A stretch of DNA of 64,000 nt from a virus (IMGVR_UViG_2841440409_000001:903-64902); one strand, 5' to 3'; numbered from the stretch's first letter, positions 1-9,517 are shown. The notes: generated from the letters alone by a model not told the origin. A program made the numbers and translations.

Positions 1-111
1 GAAGCGCTCGAACAAACCGAAAAGACGCGTGCCGAACAGAGCCATCGCCTCGCCCAGCGCGAGCATGATCTGCGGCGCCTCACTGAACGCGACAGGAAAC
101 CATCCACATGA
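1..111 (+). CDS. 3' end of an upstream gene (partial, coiled-coil-like)
   Basis: Open frame from base 1 (EALEQTEK...RKPST) whose TGA overlaps the parB ATG (ATGA). Confidence 0.5.
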   Translation, partial: EALEQTEKTRAEQSHRLAQREHDLRRLTERDRKPST

Positions 112-1418
112 CCGACACCGTCCTGAAATTCGCCAGCACGATGGCGCTCGCTCGCATCAAACCGGGCGCGAACCCCCGTCGCTATTTCGACCAGGCCAAG
201 CATGATGAGCTGGTCGCGTCGATCCGCCTGCGCGGCGTCATCCAGCCGCTGCTTATCCGCCCGGTGCCCGGCGCGGAAGGCGATTACAGCATTGTGGCGG
301 GCGAGCGGCGCTACAAGGCGGCGGCCGAGGCATTCGGCCCCGATGCTGATGTGCCGGTCCTGATCCGCGAAATGACCGATCAGGAGGCACTGGAAGCGGC
401 GATCGACGAGAACGACAATCGCGAGGATGCTTCGGAGACGGAGCAGGCCGACGCAGCGGTCCGTGTCCTCGCAGCGTGCCAGGGTGACCGGGCCGAGGCA
501 GCACGCCGGTTGGCATGGTCGCCGTCGAAGCTCGATCGGCGCCTCGCGCTCGCGAACCTTGCTGAGCGTGTGAAAGCCGCGCTTGACGAACGCATGATCA
601 AGGTCGGCCATGCCGAGCTGCTGGCGGCGGTACCGAACGACAAGCAGGAGAAGGCCCTCGACACGATATTGATCAACAGCCTCAGCGTCGCGAAGACGCG
701 CGAGCTGCTGATGCGCGTGACCCAGAGCCTTGCCGGTGCGCAGTTCGACAAGGACGAATGTACGACGTGCCCGTTCAACTCCGCCTCGCAGCGCGCGCTG
801 TTCGCCACCCATGTTGACGACGGCTATTGCACCAACCCCGGTTGTTTCCAGCTGAAGACGGAAGCCGAGGCCGCAGCAGTCGCCAAGGCCGAGGGCAAGA
901 GCAAGCCGGCCAAGAGTGCGAAGGTCGATGCCGCTCCCGCACTCGAAGGGGCCCCGGCCGCCGCACCGACGCCCGCGCCAGCCGCAAAGCCGGGGAAGGT
1001 CGCAACCACCGCGCCAGCCGCGTCCAAACCCGCCGTCACCACCGAGAGCATCGCCCGCCGCGTGTCGACGCAGCGAGAAGCCGCATGGAAGGCCGCGCTC
1101 ATCAAGGCGGTCGAAGGCGATCCCGATTTTGCATCCGCCTTCGATGCGACCCTGCGAGACGTGTGGAAGGTCGATCAATTCTTCCTGGCATGCTTCAACA
1201 AGGACGAGCTCAAGTTCGTGGCGCAGGAATGCGGCCTGGTCGATCATATGGGCGCGAAGGCGTTCGCCAAGCTGCTCGAATCGCCGCTCATCAAGATTGT
1301 CGACGGCATGTTGAACGCCACCGGCTTCAACTGGGCCGGCCGCCTGCCGAGCGCGATGACACTGGACGGCAGATACAGCCCGCCGCCGGCCGCCCCCGCA
1401 TTTTCCGAGAAGGATTGA
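108..1418 (+). CDS. PRTRC system ParB-family protein
   Basis: NPRRYFD and VAGERRYKAA ParB motifs, HTH region, CxxC..C..C cluster; first gene of a PRTRC-type cluster. Confidence 0.9.
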   Translation: MTDTVLKFASTMALARIKPGANPRRYFDQAKHDELVASIRLRGVIQPLLIRPVPGAEGDYSIVAGERRYKAAAEAFGPDADVPVLIREMTDQEALEAAIDENDNREDASETEQADAAVRVLAACQGDRAEAARRLAWSPSKLDRRLALANLAERVKAALDERMIKVGHAELLAAVPNDKQEKALDTILINSLSVAKTRELLMRVTQSLAGAQFDKDECTTCPFNSASQRALFATHVDDGYCTNPGCFQLKTEAEAAAVAKAEGKSKPAKSAKVDAAPALEGAPAAAPTPAPAAKPGKVATTAPAASKPAVTTESIARRVSTQREAAWKAALIKAVEGDPDFASAFDATLRDVWKVDQFFLACFNKDELKFVAQECGLVDHMGAKAFAKLLESPLIKIVDGMLNATGFNWAGRLPSAMTLDGRYSPPPAAPAFSEKD

Positions 1419-1422
1419 TCCC

Positions 1423-1839
1423 ATGCTGATTACCAGCCTGTTGCCGCTGCTGTCCCGCTATTCGCTTGGCCTTGACCTCGTCGCCGGGCCGGATGGCGCT
1501 GTCACCATGACCATCATGCCCCGGAAGGCCGAGGGCAGCGCCCATAAGCCCGAAGGTGGCGAGGTCCGACCGATATCGATCACGGCCACGGCCGCCGAAA
1601 TCGACGCGGAACTCGCGAAAGGCGCCGACGGCGCGCTGGGCCAGCTGATCGCCACCCGCAAGGCGCTGGCAGATCAGATTGCCGAACAGCGCGCGGCGGC
1701 CGAGACGGCGAAGACGGCGGCCAAGCCCAAGGCGAAAGCCGAGCCGGCCGCACCCAAGACGCCCGTCCCCGACGCGAAGTCGTCCAGCCCGCCGGCGGCA
1801 CCTGCACCGTCGGCCGGCGAAGTCGCCAGCCTGTGGTGA
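1423..1839 (+). CDS. PRTRC system protein E
   Basis: PISITATAAEIDAEL motif, Ala/Lys/Pro-rich tail ending SLW; position after ParB. Confidence 0.8.
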   Translation: MLITSLLPLLSRYSLGLDLVAGPDGAVTMTIMPRKAEGSAHKPEGGEVRPISITATAAEIDAELAKGADGALGQLIATRKALADQIAEQRAAAETAKTAAKPKAKAEPAAPKTPVPDAKSSSPPAAPAPSAGEVASLW

Positions 1840-1877
1840 CATCTCAACTTCTCTGAACTCTACGCCGGGAGGCACCC

Positions 1878-2084
1878 ATGCAAATCAATCATCTCACCCG
1901 CGCCTATCGCTACGACGGCATTGACCTGCCGATCCCGCCGCACTTGGCCGACGATCCGCAGGGCCTGCGCGCCTATCACGCGACCCTCTATCCCGCGATC
2001 CTCAATGCCGAGGCGGTCGATGCCGGCGTGACGAACAATGTCCACGTCACCGAGTACCGGCGCGCCGTCGGCACCAAGGGGTAG
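1878..2084 (+). CDS. PRTRC system protein C (prokaryotic ubiquitin-like)
   Basis: 68 aa, YPAILNA motif, C-terminal RAVGTKG; GGAGG RBS. Confidence 0.88.
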   Translation: MQINHLTRAYRYDGIDLPIPPHLADDPQGLRAYHATLYPAILNAEAVDAGVTNNVHVTEYRRAVGTKG

Positions 2085-2086
2085 GC

Positions 2087-2299
2087 GTGCCTCCCCAGAC
2101 CGGCGCGGCGATCCCAGCCGCGCCCCGCAAGACGCTTCTCGAATGGATCGAGCATGACGATGGCAACGAAACCAGTCCTTCCATCCCCAAGTGCAGTGAG
2201 CAGGCCTCAGCCCTTCACGCGCAAATCCTCGTCGCGCAGGAAGGCCGTGGCGAACCGATCCAGCCGCCTCCCGGCCTCCGTCTCGCCCCTCTCGGCTGA
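2087..2299 (+). CDS. Small hypothetical protein overlapping the 5' end of PRTRC F
   Basis: GTG 2 nt after the protein C stop; plausible composition. Confidence 0.4.
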   Translation: MPPQTGAAIPAAPRKTLLEWIEHDDGNETSPSIPKCSEQASALHAQILVAQEGRGEPIQPPPGLRLAPLG

Positions 2300-3269
2300 T
2301 CTGGCGGGGCGCACGGTCGCCCTGTCACCCGATGTGCAGACCGCATTCGACGGTCCGCTGGGCGCGCATCACAAGATGCTTGGTCGCTGGGTGGCCTCGC
2401 TCGACGAAGCGCCCCGGCTCTATACGCGCGGCGAAGCGCGGCAGCGGATCGAACGCCAGTTCAATTCGGCGGTGCTGGAAATCCTGAAGTCGATCGAGAT
2501 CGTGGATTTGCGGGCCACGGTGCTGGAAGGCGAGGACGGCCGCCCGCCCGCGATCGCGCTGATATGCGACAGCATCGGTCAGATGGATCTCGGCTGGATC
2601 GAGAAGTCCAATGTGCTGCGCAATGCCCTGTTCGAACAGGTCGCGCCGGTCGGCCTGCAGGCGGCGGCATATCAAGCGCTGGCAACGACGATTAACGCGG
2701 CCGTCCCCATGATCGGGTTCGAGGATCTGATGGAAGAGCTGTCCGCCTATTACTGGGACGGCTCGCAGGATGACGAAGGCGCGATCACCTCGATGAAGGA
2801 ATGGCGCGGCCTGGAGGATGACGAGATCGACGTCGAGCAACTGCCGTCTGGCGTGCTGGCGCGTCGCCCTCCATGGATGATCGCTGCCAACGCCTATCCA
2901 CTGAAGAAGCTGCCTACCGGTCTGGCGAATAGGATTCGCCGCCTGCGCAAAGCGAGCGAGGCGCTGGGTGCTCTGGAAATCACCGACAGCGCCTGGCGCT
3001 TCAACAGCGATTTCGTCCTCGAATATCTGCCCGAGTACGAGGATCGCGGCACGCTGCCATCGATGACGATCGTCCCGTTCGACGTGTTCGCGCGCGAAAT
3101 AGACGACGTCGCGCGTCCCTGCATGGAGCTGGGCTTTCACGATATCGTCAGCCTCTACCAGCTGCCGACCCCAGGCGCGATCGACCAATGGTTCACGTCC
3201 CTGAAGCTCGGCGCCGAGCTGCTGCTTGCTGCGCAGGATCTGATCGACACCCACCCCTTTCAACCGTGA
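2154..3269 (+). CDS. PRTRC system protein F (start uncertain)
   Basis: 371-aa ORF between C and B in canonical PRTRC order. Confidence 0.7.
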   Translation: MTMATKPVLPSPSAVSRPQPFTRKSSSRRKAVANRSSRLPASVSPLSADLAGRTVALSPDVQTAFDGPLGAHHKMLGRWVASLDEAPRLYTRGEARQRIERQFNSAVLEILKSIEIVDLRATVLEGEDGRPPAIALICDSIGQMDLGWIEKSNVLRNALFEQVAPVGLQAAAYQALATTINAAVPMIGFEDLMEELSAYYWDGSQDDEGAITSMKEWRGLEDDEIDVEQLPSGVLARRPPWMIAANAYPLKKLPTGLANRIRRLRKASEALGALEITDSAWRFNSDFVLEYLPEYEDRGTLPSMTIVPFDVFAREIDDVARPCMELGFHDIVSLYQLPTPGAIDQWFTSLKLGAELLLAAQDLIDTHPFQP

Positions 3270-3275
3270 GGCTCT

Positions 3276-4073
3276 ATGCCCAATCATTCCACACAATTTG
3301 ACGCGACCCCCGGCGGTATGGTCCTGACCAACGCCATCCTGCTCTACGGCGCGGAAGGTCGATATGGCGCCTCGCGCGAAGGCGGCGCGGCGTTCGCCAG
3401 CATCCACGAGGTCGAGCATCGTGACGCCGGGCCAATGATAGCGGCCGGCACTCCGTTGACCCGTGCGCATCTGCGCCAGTGGACCAAGGCGTTGGATCGC
3501 GCCGCGCCGCCCGAAATCCTGCCTGCCAATGTGCTGGTGGCCCACGCCGACCTTATCGCATGGTGGGTGCCGGCGCAGGTGCGACTGGCCTATTTCGATC
3601 TATCCCGCACGCCCGAGGGCCTGAAGGTGCTAAACCAGCGCACCAGCGTGCCGGTCCCATATCCGCCGCAACTGTTTGTCGCCAGCCGCAAGGGGTTCGG
3701 CGTCTATGCCCTGCCAGCAGACGAGCGACCAACCGCCGAGACGAAGCTACTCCATAGTCCGGTGCTGAACGTCTATCTCACCGGCCAACTATGCTGGGGC
3801 AACATCGCACGGCCCAAAGCGCTGACGGTCGCGTCGATGCCTGAATATGAGCGGGCGATTTTCGAGTCCTGGTCGACGCACCCCAATGTCGGACAGGAAT
3901 TGACCGTGACCGGCAGGGGCGGGCTCGTGAAGCTTTGGGACAACCTCGCTGCCTCCAGGTCGAAGCGCTTCCCGGTGAAGCGTCTGAAACCGTTCAATCC
4001 GAACAGCAATGGAAAGGCCTTGAAAGTGCCGGTCACGTTCGGCTCTCTCATAGCATCGAAGGTGGCGGCATGA
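3276..4073 (+). CDS. PRTRC system protein B (prokaryotic E2 family D)
   Basis: AWWVPA, PYPPQLF, PVLNVY..GQLCWG (candidate catalytic Cys), STHPN. Confidence 0.88.
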   Translation: MPNHSTQFDATPGGMVLTNAILLYGAEGRYGASREGGAAFASIHEVEHRDAGPMIAAGTPLTRAHLRQWTKALDRAAPPEILPANVLVAHADLIAWWVPAQVRLAYFDLSRTPEGLKVLNQRTSVPVPYPPQLFVASRKGFGVYALPADERPTAETKLLHSPVLNVYLTGQLCWGNIARPKALTVASMPEYERAIFESWSTHPNVGQELTVTGRGGLVKLWDNLAASRSKRFPVKRLKPFNPNSNGKALKVPVTFGSLIASKVAA

Positions 4074-4729
4074 TCGATCTCGCCGATGATGACACCGCCG
4101 CGGCCGTACTGGCGCAGGTGCCTTGCTATCCTGTCCCGCCGTCCGGCCGGTCGCCCGCGATCGACGCGCTGCGCGAAGCGCGCACTGGCCAGGGCCTTGC
4201 GATCGGGCAGGCGGGCGTGATGCTGATCCTGCGACGGCCGTGGTTGGCGCTAGACACCTATGTGACGCGGCCACCCTCCGCCTATCTGCCCTATGGCAAA
4301 GGCGATCAGGAACGGGCGGAGTTGCGCTGCGGGCTGGTTCCCCATGTGTTTTTGGAAATGGTGTTGCGCCATTTGCGCGCTGCTCTGCCCAATGAGGCGG
4401 CGGCGTTCGTGACGTGGAATGAGAAAACGCGCGCGTTCGCCGTGGAGTTTCCCGACATCGATGAGGCGACACCATCGCGGCTGGTCTACCGCACGCCGGT
4501 GCTGCCGCCCGACTGGCACGTCGTGTGCGACATCCACAGCCACGGCACAGGCCCAGCGTTCTTCAGCGCGACGGACAATGCCGATGACGCGCACGCGACG
4601 AAGATATCGCTCGTTTTCGGCCGGCTCGACCAGCCCGGGCACGAGGACATGGCATCGCGCCTCTGCGCCGCCGGCATGTTCCTGCCGATTCCTCGCAGCC
4701 CATTCCAGGGAGACGATCATGCAGCCTGA
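4070..4729 (+). CDS. PRTRC system protein A (JAB/MPN metallopeptidase)
   Basis: PNEAAA and DIHSHG...FFSATDNADD JAB motif; ATGA overlap with B. Confidence 0.88.
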   Translation: MIDLADDDTAAAVLAQVPCYPVPPSGRSPAIDALREARTGQGLAIGQAGVMLILRRPWLALDTYVTRPPSAYLPYGKGDQERAELRCGLVPHVFLEMVLRHLRAALPNEAAAFVTWNEKTRAFAVEFPDIDEATPSRLVYRTPVLPPDWHVVCDIHSHGTGPAFFSATDNADDAHATKISLVFGRLDQPGHEDMASRLCAAGMFLPIPRSPFQGDDHAA

Positions 4730-5510
4730 TCTACCGAACCGGCATTTCCTCCGCCCATCGCTCGGGAATCGCGCGATCAAAGTCCTGCTGGTCGGATGCG
4801 GCGGCAATGGCGCACAGATGCTCATGGGGCTGGCGTCGCTGGACACGGCCCTGCGGGCGATATCGTCGCGGTCCCTGCACGTCACCGTCGTGGACGACGA
4901 CACGGTGAGCGAGGCGAACCTTGGCCGCCAGCCGTTTTACCGTTGCGACCTGGGCAATTCGAAGGCTCGCACGCTGACGGAGCGGATCAACCTGGCGCAC
5001 GGCCTGACGTGGAATGCGGTTCATGGCCGAGCACCGGCCGACATCGGCGTCGCGGGGATGGATATCGTCATCACCTGTGTCGACACGGCCGGCGCACGGC
5101 GCGCGATCGGCGCGGCCATCGATGCTTGCGAGCCGGAGTTTCACAACCTCCAGCCTCCGGCCTATTGGCTCGACCTCGGCAACCGCGCGACCGACGGCCA
5201 GCTCATCATCGGGTGCCCGAAGGGGGCGGCTGGCGACAAGCCCGGACGCCTGCCGACCGTGATGGAATATTTCCCGGAACTGGCGGACGAGAGCGTGGCC
5301 GAAGATGACGCGCCCAGCTGCTCGGTTGCCGAGGCGCTGGAGAAGCAGTCGCTGTTCGTGAATCGCGTGGTAGCCAGCCACGCGCTGGCGCTGCTGTTCG
5401 ACCTGCTCGGGCGCGGCTCGATCGGCCACGCCGGCGCCTTCATCAATCTGGCGACGGGGCAGACACTGCCGATCCCGTTGCCAGCCGCGCCGGTCGAGGT
5501 GGCCGCATGA
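4719..5510 (+). CDS. PRTRC system ThiF-family (E1-like) protein
   Basis: VGCGGNG, DDDTVSEANLGRQ, CVD, WLDLGN, PSCSVAEAL; start at MQPDL after GGAG. Confidence 0.92.
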   Translation: MQPDLPNRHFLRPSLGNRAIKVLLVGCGGNGAQMLMGLASLDTALRAISSRSLHVTVVDDDTVSEANLGRQPFYRCDLGNSKARTLTERINLAHGLTWNAVHGRAPADIGVAGMDIVITCVDTAGARRAIGAAIDACEPEFHNLQPPAYWLDLGNRATDGQLIIGCPKGAAGDKPGRLPTVMEYFPELADESVAEDDAPSCSVAEALEKQSLFVNRVVASHALALLFDLLGRGSIGHAGAFINLATGQTLPIPLPAAPVEVAA

Positions 5511-5800
5511 CCGGAAGAGTCATTGTTCGCGGCGAAACCGAGATCATCGACGAGCGCATCGTTCACCATGACACGCCGTTGTCATGGGAGGAGGCGTACC
5601 AACGTGCCGGCTTCCGGCTCGATCGTCGCAAGGCCTGGGGGTTTGTCGAAGGCAGACTGTGCGAGGCGGTCAGCTGGACGGAATCCTGCTCGGGATGCTC
5701 CTACCCGGACGGCAGCAACGAAGGTTGCAGCGAGTGCGGCTATCACGGTCGCGTGCGCCGCGGCATGTGGGTTCCGTTCTTGCGCGGGAAGGCGGTATGA
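5507..5800 (+). CDS. Hypothetical protein with two CxxC pairs
   Basis: ATGA overlap with thiF; CSGC...CSECGYHG. Confidence 0.65.
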   Translation: MTGRVIVRGETEIIDERIVHHDTPLSWEEAYQRAGFRLDRRKAWGFVEGRLCEAVSWTESCSGCSYPDGSNEGCSECGYHGRVRRGMWVPFLRGKAV

Positions 5801-6198
5801 TCCCGCACATCTGCACCTTCAGCGATCCCGAGGACTTTCGCATCGCAAACGCCAGCGGAAAGCTGGTGTGGTTTTTCGACTGGAGCGACCGCTTTGGCCC
5901 CAGCCTGACGAACGGAAAAGGCGACATCCTCCCCGATCCATGGCCTAGCGAGCGCTCGCCGTTCTGGCGCGTGTTCCACCTTTGGCTGCGTCAGGGCAAG
6001 CGATGGGGGCCGTCGGGTGTGAAGGGCATCCGTGCCGCCATCTGGGATGAACCGCCGCCCGGACACTACGTGGTCGACCAGCGCGGCGTGATCATCGAGA
6101 CGAACGAGCCGGAAGGCTTCGACAGCGATTATACGCCGGTCGAGTTCGTCAACGAAGATGGATCACCCTATCGCCGTCGTAGAAAGGCACGCCCATGA
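5797..6198 (+). CDS. Hypothetical phage protein
   Basis: ATGA overlaps at both ends. Confidence 0.65.
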   Translation: MIPHICTFSDPEDFRIANASGKLVWFFDWSDRFGPSLTNGKGDILPDPWPSERSPFWRVFHLWLRQGKRWGPSGVKGIRAAIWDEPPPGHYVVDQRGVIIETNEPEGFDSDYTPVEFVNEDGSPYRRRRKARP

Positions 6199-6500
6199 TC
6201 GGCAAGGTCAAGTGCGCGGTGTCGGATTGTGACGCTCATACCACCCGCTACAGCCATTGGATTTGCACGCGGCACTGGCGAATGTGCTGCCCGCCGCGCT
6301 CGCCGCATCGGCGGACCTATCTGCGGTTCTTCCGCGAGGCGAAAAAGCTGGGCCTCACAAATGCAGACCGTTGGCCGGTTGAGCTTGAGCGTCGGTTCTG
6401 GCGCTTCTGGGACGGCCTCGTGCGTCGGGCGGCCCGCATAGATCGTGATGGGAGGCTGGATCAGTCTGAGATCGACAAGATGTTCGGGTGGGACGAATGA
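6195..6500 (+). CDS. Hypothetical Cys/His-rich protein
   Basis: ATGA overlap; CxxxxC...CxxHW. Confidence 0.65.
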   Translation: MIGKVKCAVSDCDAHTTRYSHWICTRHWRMCCPPRSPHRRTYLRFFREAKKLGLTNADRWPVELERRFWRFWDGLVRRAARIDRDGRLDQSEIDKMFGWDE

Positions 6501-6787
6501 GGTCGCTCCCCCAATCAATGCACGATCGAGCGCGCCGGTTGGCGGAAGTCCACCCGCTTGCGACCGTGGCCGAGCTGCTGCGCGTCCACCCGTCACAAGT
6601 GACCAGGATGAAGAAACGCCGGTGGATCGCGCCGCCAGACGGCCGGCCGGTGCGCACGATGCCGAGCGATTTTGCCATCCAGGCGGGGCACATGAACCAG
6701 CGCGAATTGGTCGACCACTACGGCGCCGGCTCGCACACGATCGTCCGCTGGTGCCGCGAGTTGCGGGAGAGGCGGGTGCATCCGTGA
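6497..6787 (+). CDS. Hypothetical HTH-like protein
   Basis: ATGA overlap; two HTH-like segments. Confidence 0.55.
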   Translation: MRSLPQSMHDRARRLAEVHPLATVAELLRVHPSQVTRMKKRRWIAPPDGRPVRTMPSDFAIQAGHMNQRELVDHYGAGSHTIVRWCRELRERRVHP

Positions 6788-6975
6788 AGCGACGCCGCCG
6801 GCCGCCACGCCCTCCCGCGCGCCCATGGACGCCCGAGGAAGACGCGAAGCTGCGCGAGGTCAACGATATCGACCTGCGCGTTGAATATTGGCAACTGGCA
6901 CTGCCCGAGCGGCTGGAAAGCGAAATGCTCAACCGCCGCTACGAGCTGGGCCTCAAACTCCCGAGGTTCCTATGA
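6784..6975 (+). CDS. Small protein with Myb/SANT-like WTPEED motif
   Basis: GTGA overlap; RPWTPEEDAKLRE. Confidence 0.55.
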   Translation: MKRRRRPPRPPARPWTPEEDAKLREVNDIDLRVEYWQLALPERLESEMLNRRYELGLKLPRFL

Positions 6976-7131
6976 GCTACGTGTTTATCATATTTTCAGC
7001 GATCGTGGTGGTGCGCCTTCTTCCCTATGACGGGATATCCTGGGGAGGAAAGAATAGCCCACATCCCGGCCTTTGGCTGACCAAAACGGTGACGGTTCAC
7101 GTGCGCAAGGTCGGGAGAAGAGGTCCGTCGA

Positions 7132-7482
7132 ATGAGGCCTGAAGAGCTCGCCCATCATCTGCGCCGGCAGCGATATCGCGTCGGGCAGGAAATCTGGCTC
7201 CAGGACGACATCGAGGCGAATCTACGCGCCCTGTCGATTGCCTTCGAGCGCGAGGCCCGCATGACGGCGCGCGATCGGATCGACTTCCTCGTCGACGGCG
7301 GCATCGGCATCGAGGCGAAGACGCGTTGCCCGCCGCGTCAGATATTCCGCCAGCTGGAGCGCTACGCCGAGCAGGAGGCCATCTCCTCGCTCATCCTCAT
7401 CACCGGCACCGCCATGGGTCTGCCGGACGCGGTCAAGGGCAAGCCGCTGTTTCTCGTTTCCACCGGGAGGGCATCATTGTGA
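7132..7482 (+). CDS. PD-(D/E)XK-type nuclease domain protein
   Basis: E...RIDFLVDGGIGIEAK...QLERY motif. Confidence 0.7.
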   Translation: MRPEELAHHLRRQRYRVGQEIWLQDDIEANLRALSIAFEREARMTARDRIDFLVDGGIGIEAKTRCPPRQIFRQLERYAEQEAISSLILITGTAMGLPDAVKGKPLFLVSTGRASL

Positions 7483-9125
7483 AATCCTACGGCCAACTGG
7501 AGCTGGACCGCGTCGCGCGGCGCTGGCGCATCACGCAGCTCGCGCCGCACGTCGCGATCGCCTTCAAGCGCATGTTCCCGCGCGTGCCCGTCACCTCGAT
7601 CGAGATCGGGATTAGCGACACCGACGAGGTGCGGGCGGATTTGCACTGGTTCATGTCGCGCTATCCCCTCGACCATGACGAATGGGATGAGCTCGACGCC
7701 GCGGTCGATCGGCTGGCCTACCGTGCGGCCGAGCGGGAACGCATCCTGTTGCCCACATGGAGGCCGGGCGAGCTCCAGGGCTTCAAGGAAGGGAAGGCCG
7801 CCTACCTCTACCAGACGCAGGCGGCGAAGATCGCGGTTGCGAACGGGGGGATGCTGCTGGGTGACGACGTCGGCCTCGGCAAGACGATCAGCGCGATCGC
7901 GGCGCTGCTGTTCGGCGCGCCGATGCCGGCGGCTATCGTCGTCCAGCCGCACCTGGCGGGACAATGGAAGAAGCGGATCGAGGAATTCTCGTCCTTGCGC
8001 GTCCACATCATCAAGGGACGCACGCCCTATGATCTGCCCGAAGCGGACGTCTATATCTTCAAATATAGCAACGCCGCCGGCTGGGTGGACATCATCAAAG
8101 AGGGACCGTTCCGCTCCGTCATCTATGATGAGATCCAGGAGCTTCGTCATGGGCGGGGAACGGCGAAAGGCGAGGCGGCCACGGTGCTGAGCAACCGGGC
8201 TGACTTCCGCATGGGGCTGACCGCGACGCCGGTCTACAATTATGGCGACGAAATGCACGCGGTGATGGAGTTCGTGAAGCCCGACCTGCTGGGCGACTGG
8301 AGCGAGTTCATCCGCGAATGGTGCAGCTCCGGCCGCATCGTCGGCAATCCCGACGGCCTTGGTTCCTATCTGCGCGACACCGGCTATTTCCTGCGGCGCA
8401 CGGAGGATGACCCGACCGTCGACGCATCGATGCCGCCGCCGAACATTCTGGAGTGGGAGATCGATCACGACCTGGCCGCCGTCGAGGGTGAGCAGGAGAT
8501 CGCGCGCCAGCTCGCCCAGACGGTGCTTCGGGGCAGCTTCGCCGAGGCCGGCCGCGCCGCGCGCGAGCTCGACATGAAGATGCGTCAGCTCACGGGAATA
8601 GCGAAGGCGCGGGCGGTTGCCGCCTATGTGTCGCTGTTGCTCAAGGACAGCCCGCGAGTGCTGCTCGCCGGCTGGCACCGCGAGGTCTACGACATCTGGC
8701 GGGAGGCGCTCGCGCCGTTCAACCCGGTGCTCTACACCGGCTCAGAGAGCGCGGCGGGCAAGCAGCGTAGCGTCGACGCATTCTGTGGCGGTGATTCCCG
8801 CGTCATGATGATGTCACTGCGATCCGGCGCCGGCCTCGACGGGCTGCAGTATCACTGCAATGATGCCGTCGTCGGCGAGCTCGATTGGTCGCCGCAGGTG
8901 CATTATCAGTTCTTCGGCCGCCTGCGTCGCCCAGGGCAGGAAAAGCAGGTGAACGCCCATTATCTCCACACGAACTGGGGCAGCGACCCGGTGCTGCTGG
9001 AGATGCTTGGGATCAAGGCTGATCAGTCGCGCGGCATCAACGATCCGGGAATCGCGCCGAAGCCGCGCATGACGGACGAGAGCCGGTTGAAGCTGCTCGC
9101 CCAGCATGTTCTGTCGAGCGCTTGA
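7479..9125 (+). CDS. SNF2-family (SF2) helicase
   Basis: GDDVGLGKT, DEIQ, LTATP, GAGLDGLQ, GRLRRPGQ; GTG start overlapping the nuclease stop. Confidence 0.9.
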   Translation: MKSYGQLELDRVARRWRITQLAPHVAIAFKRMFPRVPVTSIEIGISDTDEVRADLHWFMSRYPLDHDEWDELDAAVDRLAYRAAERERILLPTWRPGELQGFKEGKAAYLYQTQAAKIAVANGGMLLGDDVGLGKTISAIAALLFGAPMPAAIVVQPHLAGQWKKRIEEFSSLRVHIIKGRTPYDLPEADVYIFKYSNAAGWVDIIKEGPFRSVIYDEIQELRHGRGTAKGEAATVLSNRADFRMGLTATPVYNYGDEMHAVMEFVKPDLLGDWSEFIREWCSSGRIVGNPDGLGSYLRDTGYFLRRTEDDPTVDASMPPPNILEWEIDHDLAAVEGEQEIARQLAQTVLRGSFAEAGRAARELDMKMRQLTGIAKARAVAAYVSLLLKDSPRVLLAGWHREVYDIWREALAPFNPVLYTGSESAAGKQRSVDAFCGGDSRVMMMSLRSGAGLDGLQYHCNDAVVGELDWSPQVHYQFFGRLRRPGQEKQVNAHYLHTNWGSDPVLLEMLGIKADQSRGINDPGIAPKPRMTDESRLKLLAQHVLSSA

Positions 9126-9154
9126 CCGACTCGAGTATCGTTCTTCATATGTTC
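9122..9154 (+). promoter_or_regulatory. Putative promoter with alphaproteobacterial LexA box
   Basis: GTTC-TTCATAT-GTTC (GTTC-N7-GTTC) at 9140-9154 over the -10 region; TTGACC at 9122; AGGAG RBS before ATG 9171. Confidence 0.7.
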
Positions 9155-9170
9155 ACGCAGGAGAACAGCG

Positions 9171-9341
9171 ATGGAATTGATCGAACAGGTGCGCGCAGCC
9201 GTCGCTGACGCGCTGCAAGTGCGTGGGTTCAGCAACAAGGCGTTCCTGGTTGAGCTGCGCGAGGGCAAACGCGACGACAGCCCCTATATGGTTGGCGCGC
9301 TGGCATGGGCGGAAAGGGAGCAGGCATGGAAGACGAAGTGA
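9171..9341 (+). CDS. 56-aa hypothetical protein (not in ORF track)
   Basis: AGGAG RBS; MELIEQVRAAVADAL...WKTK. Confidence 0.65.
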   Translation: MELIEQVRAAVADALQVRGFSNKAFLVELREGKRDDSPYMVGALAWAEREQAWKTK

Positions 9342-9517
9342 AGGCGAAGTTTCGCGTGTTTGCTGATCGGTTCGCCAAGGATGCGCCAGTGCTAGATACT
9401 GGCCTTGTCGGCGCGGATCTGCATGAGATTGCCGATATGCTCGAAAGCGTAGTGGCGATCCCAGAGATAGACCTCCGCGACCTCGGGCGCTTCTGCAACC
9501 TCCGGCCGATCAGCTGA
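9326..9517 (+). CDS. Small hypothetical protein
   Basis: GGAG RBS; TGATG coupling to next gene. Confidence 0.55.
   Translation: MEDEVKAKFRVFADRFAKDAPVLDTGLVGADLHEIADMLESVVAIPEIDLRDLGRFCNLRPIS

Noticed and set aside
2325-8678. Long minus-strand ORFs opposite the PRTRC and SNF2 genes
   Set aside because: Shadow frames of well-supported plus-strand genes.
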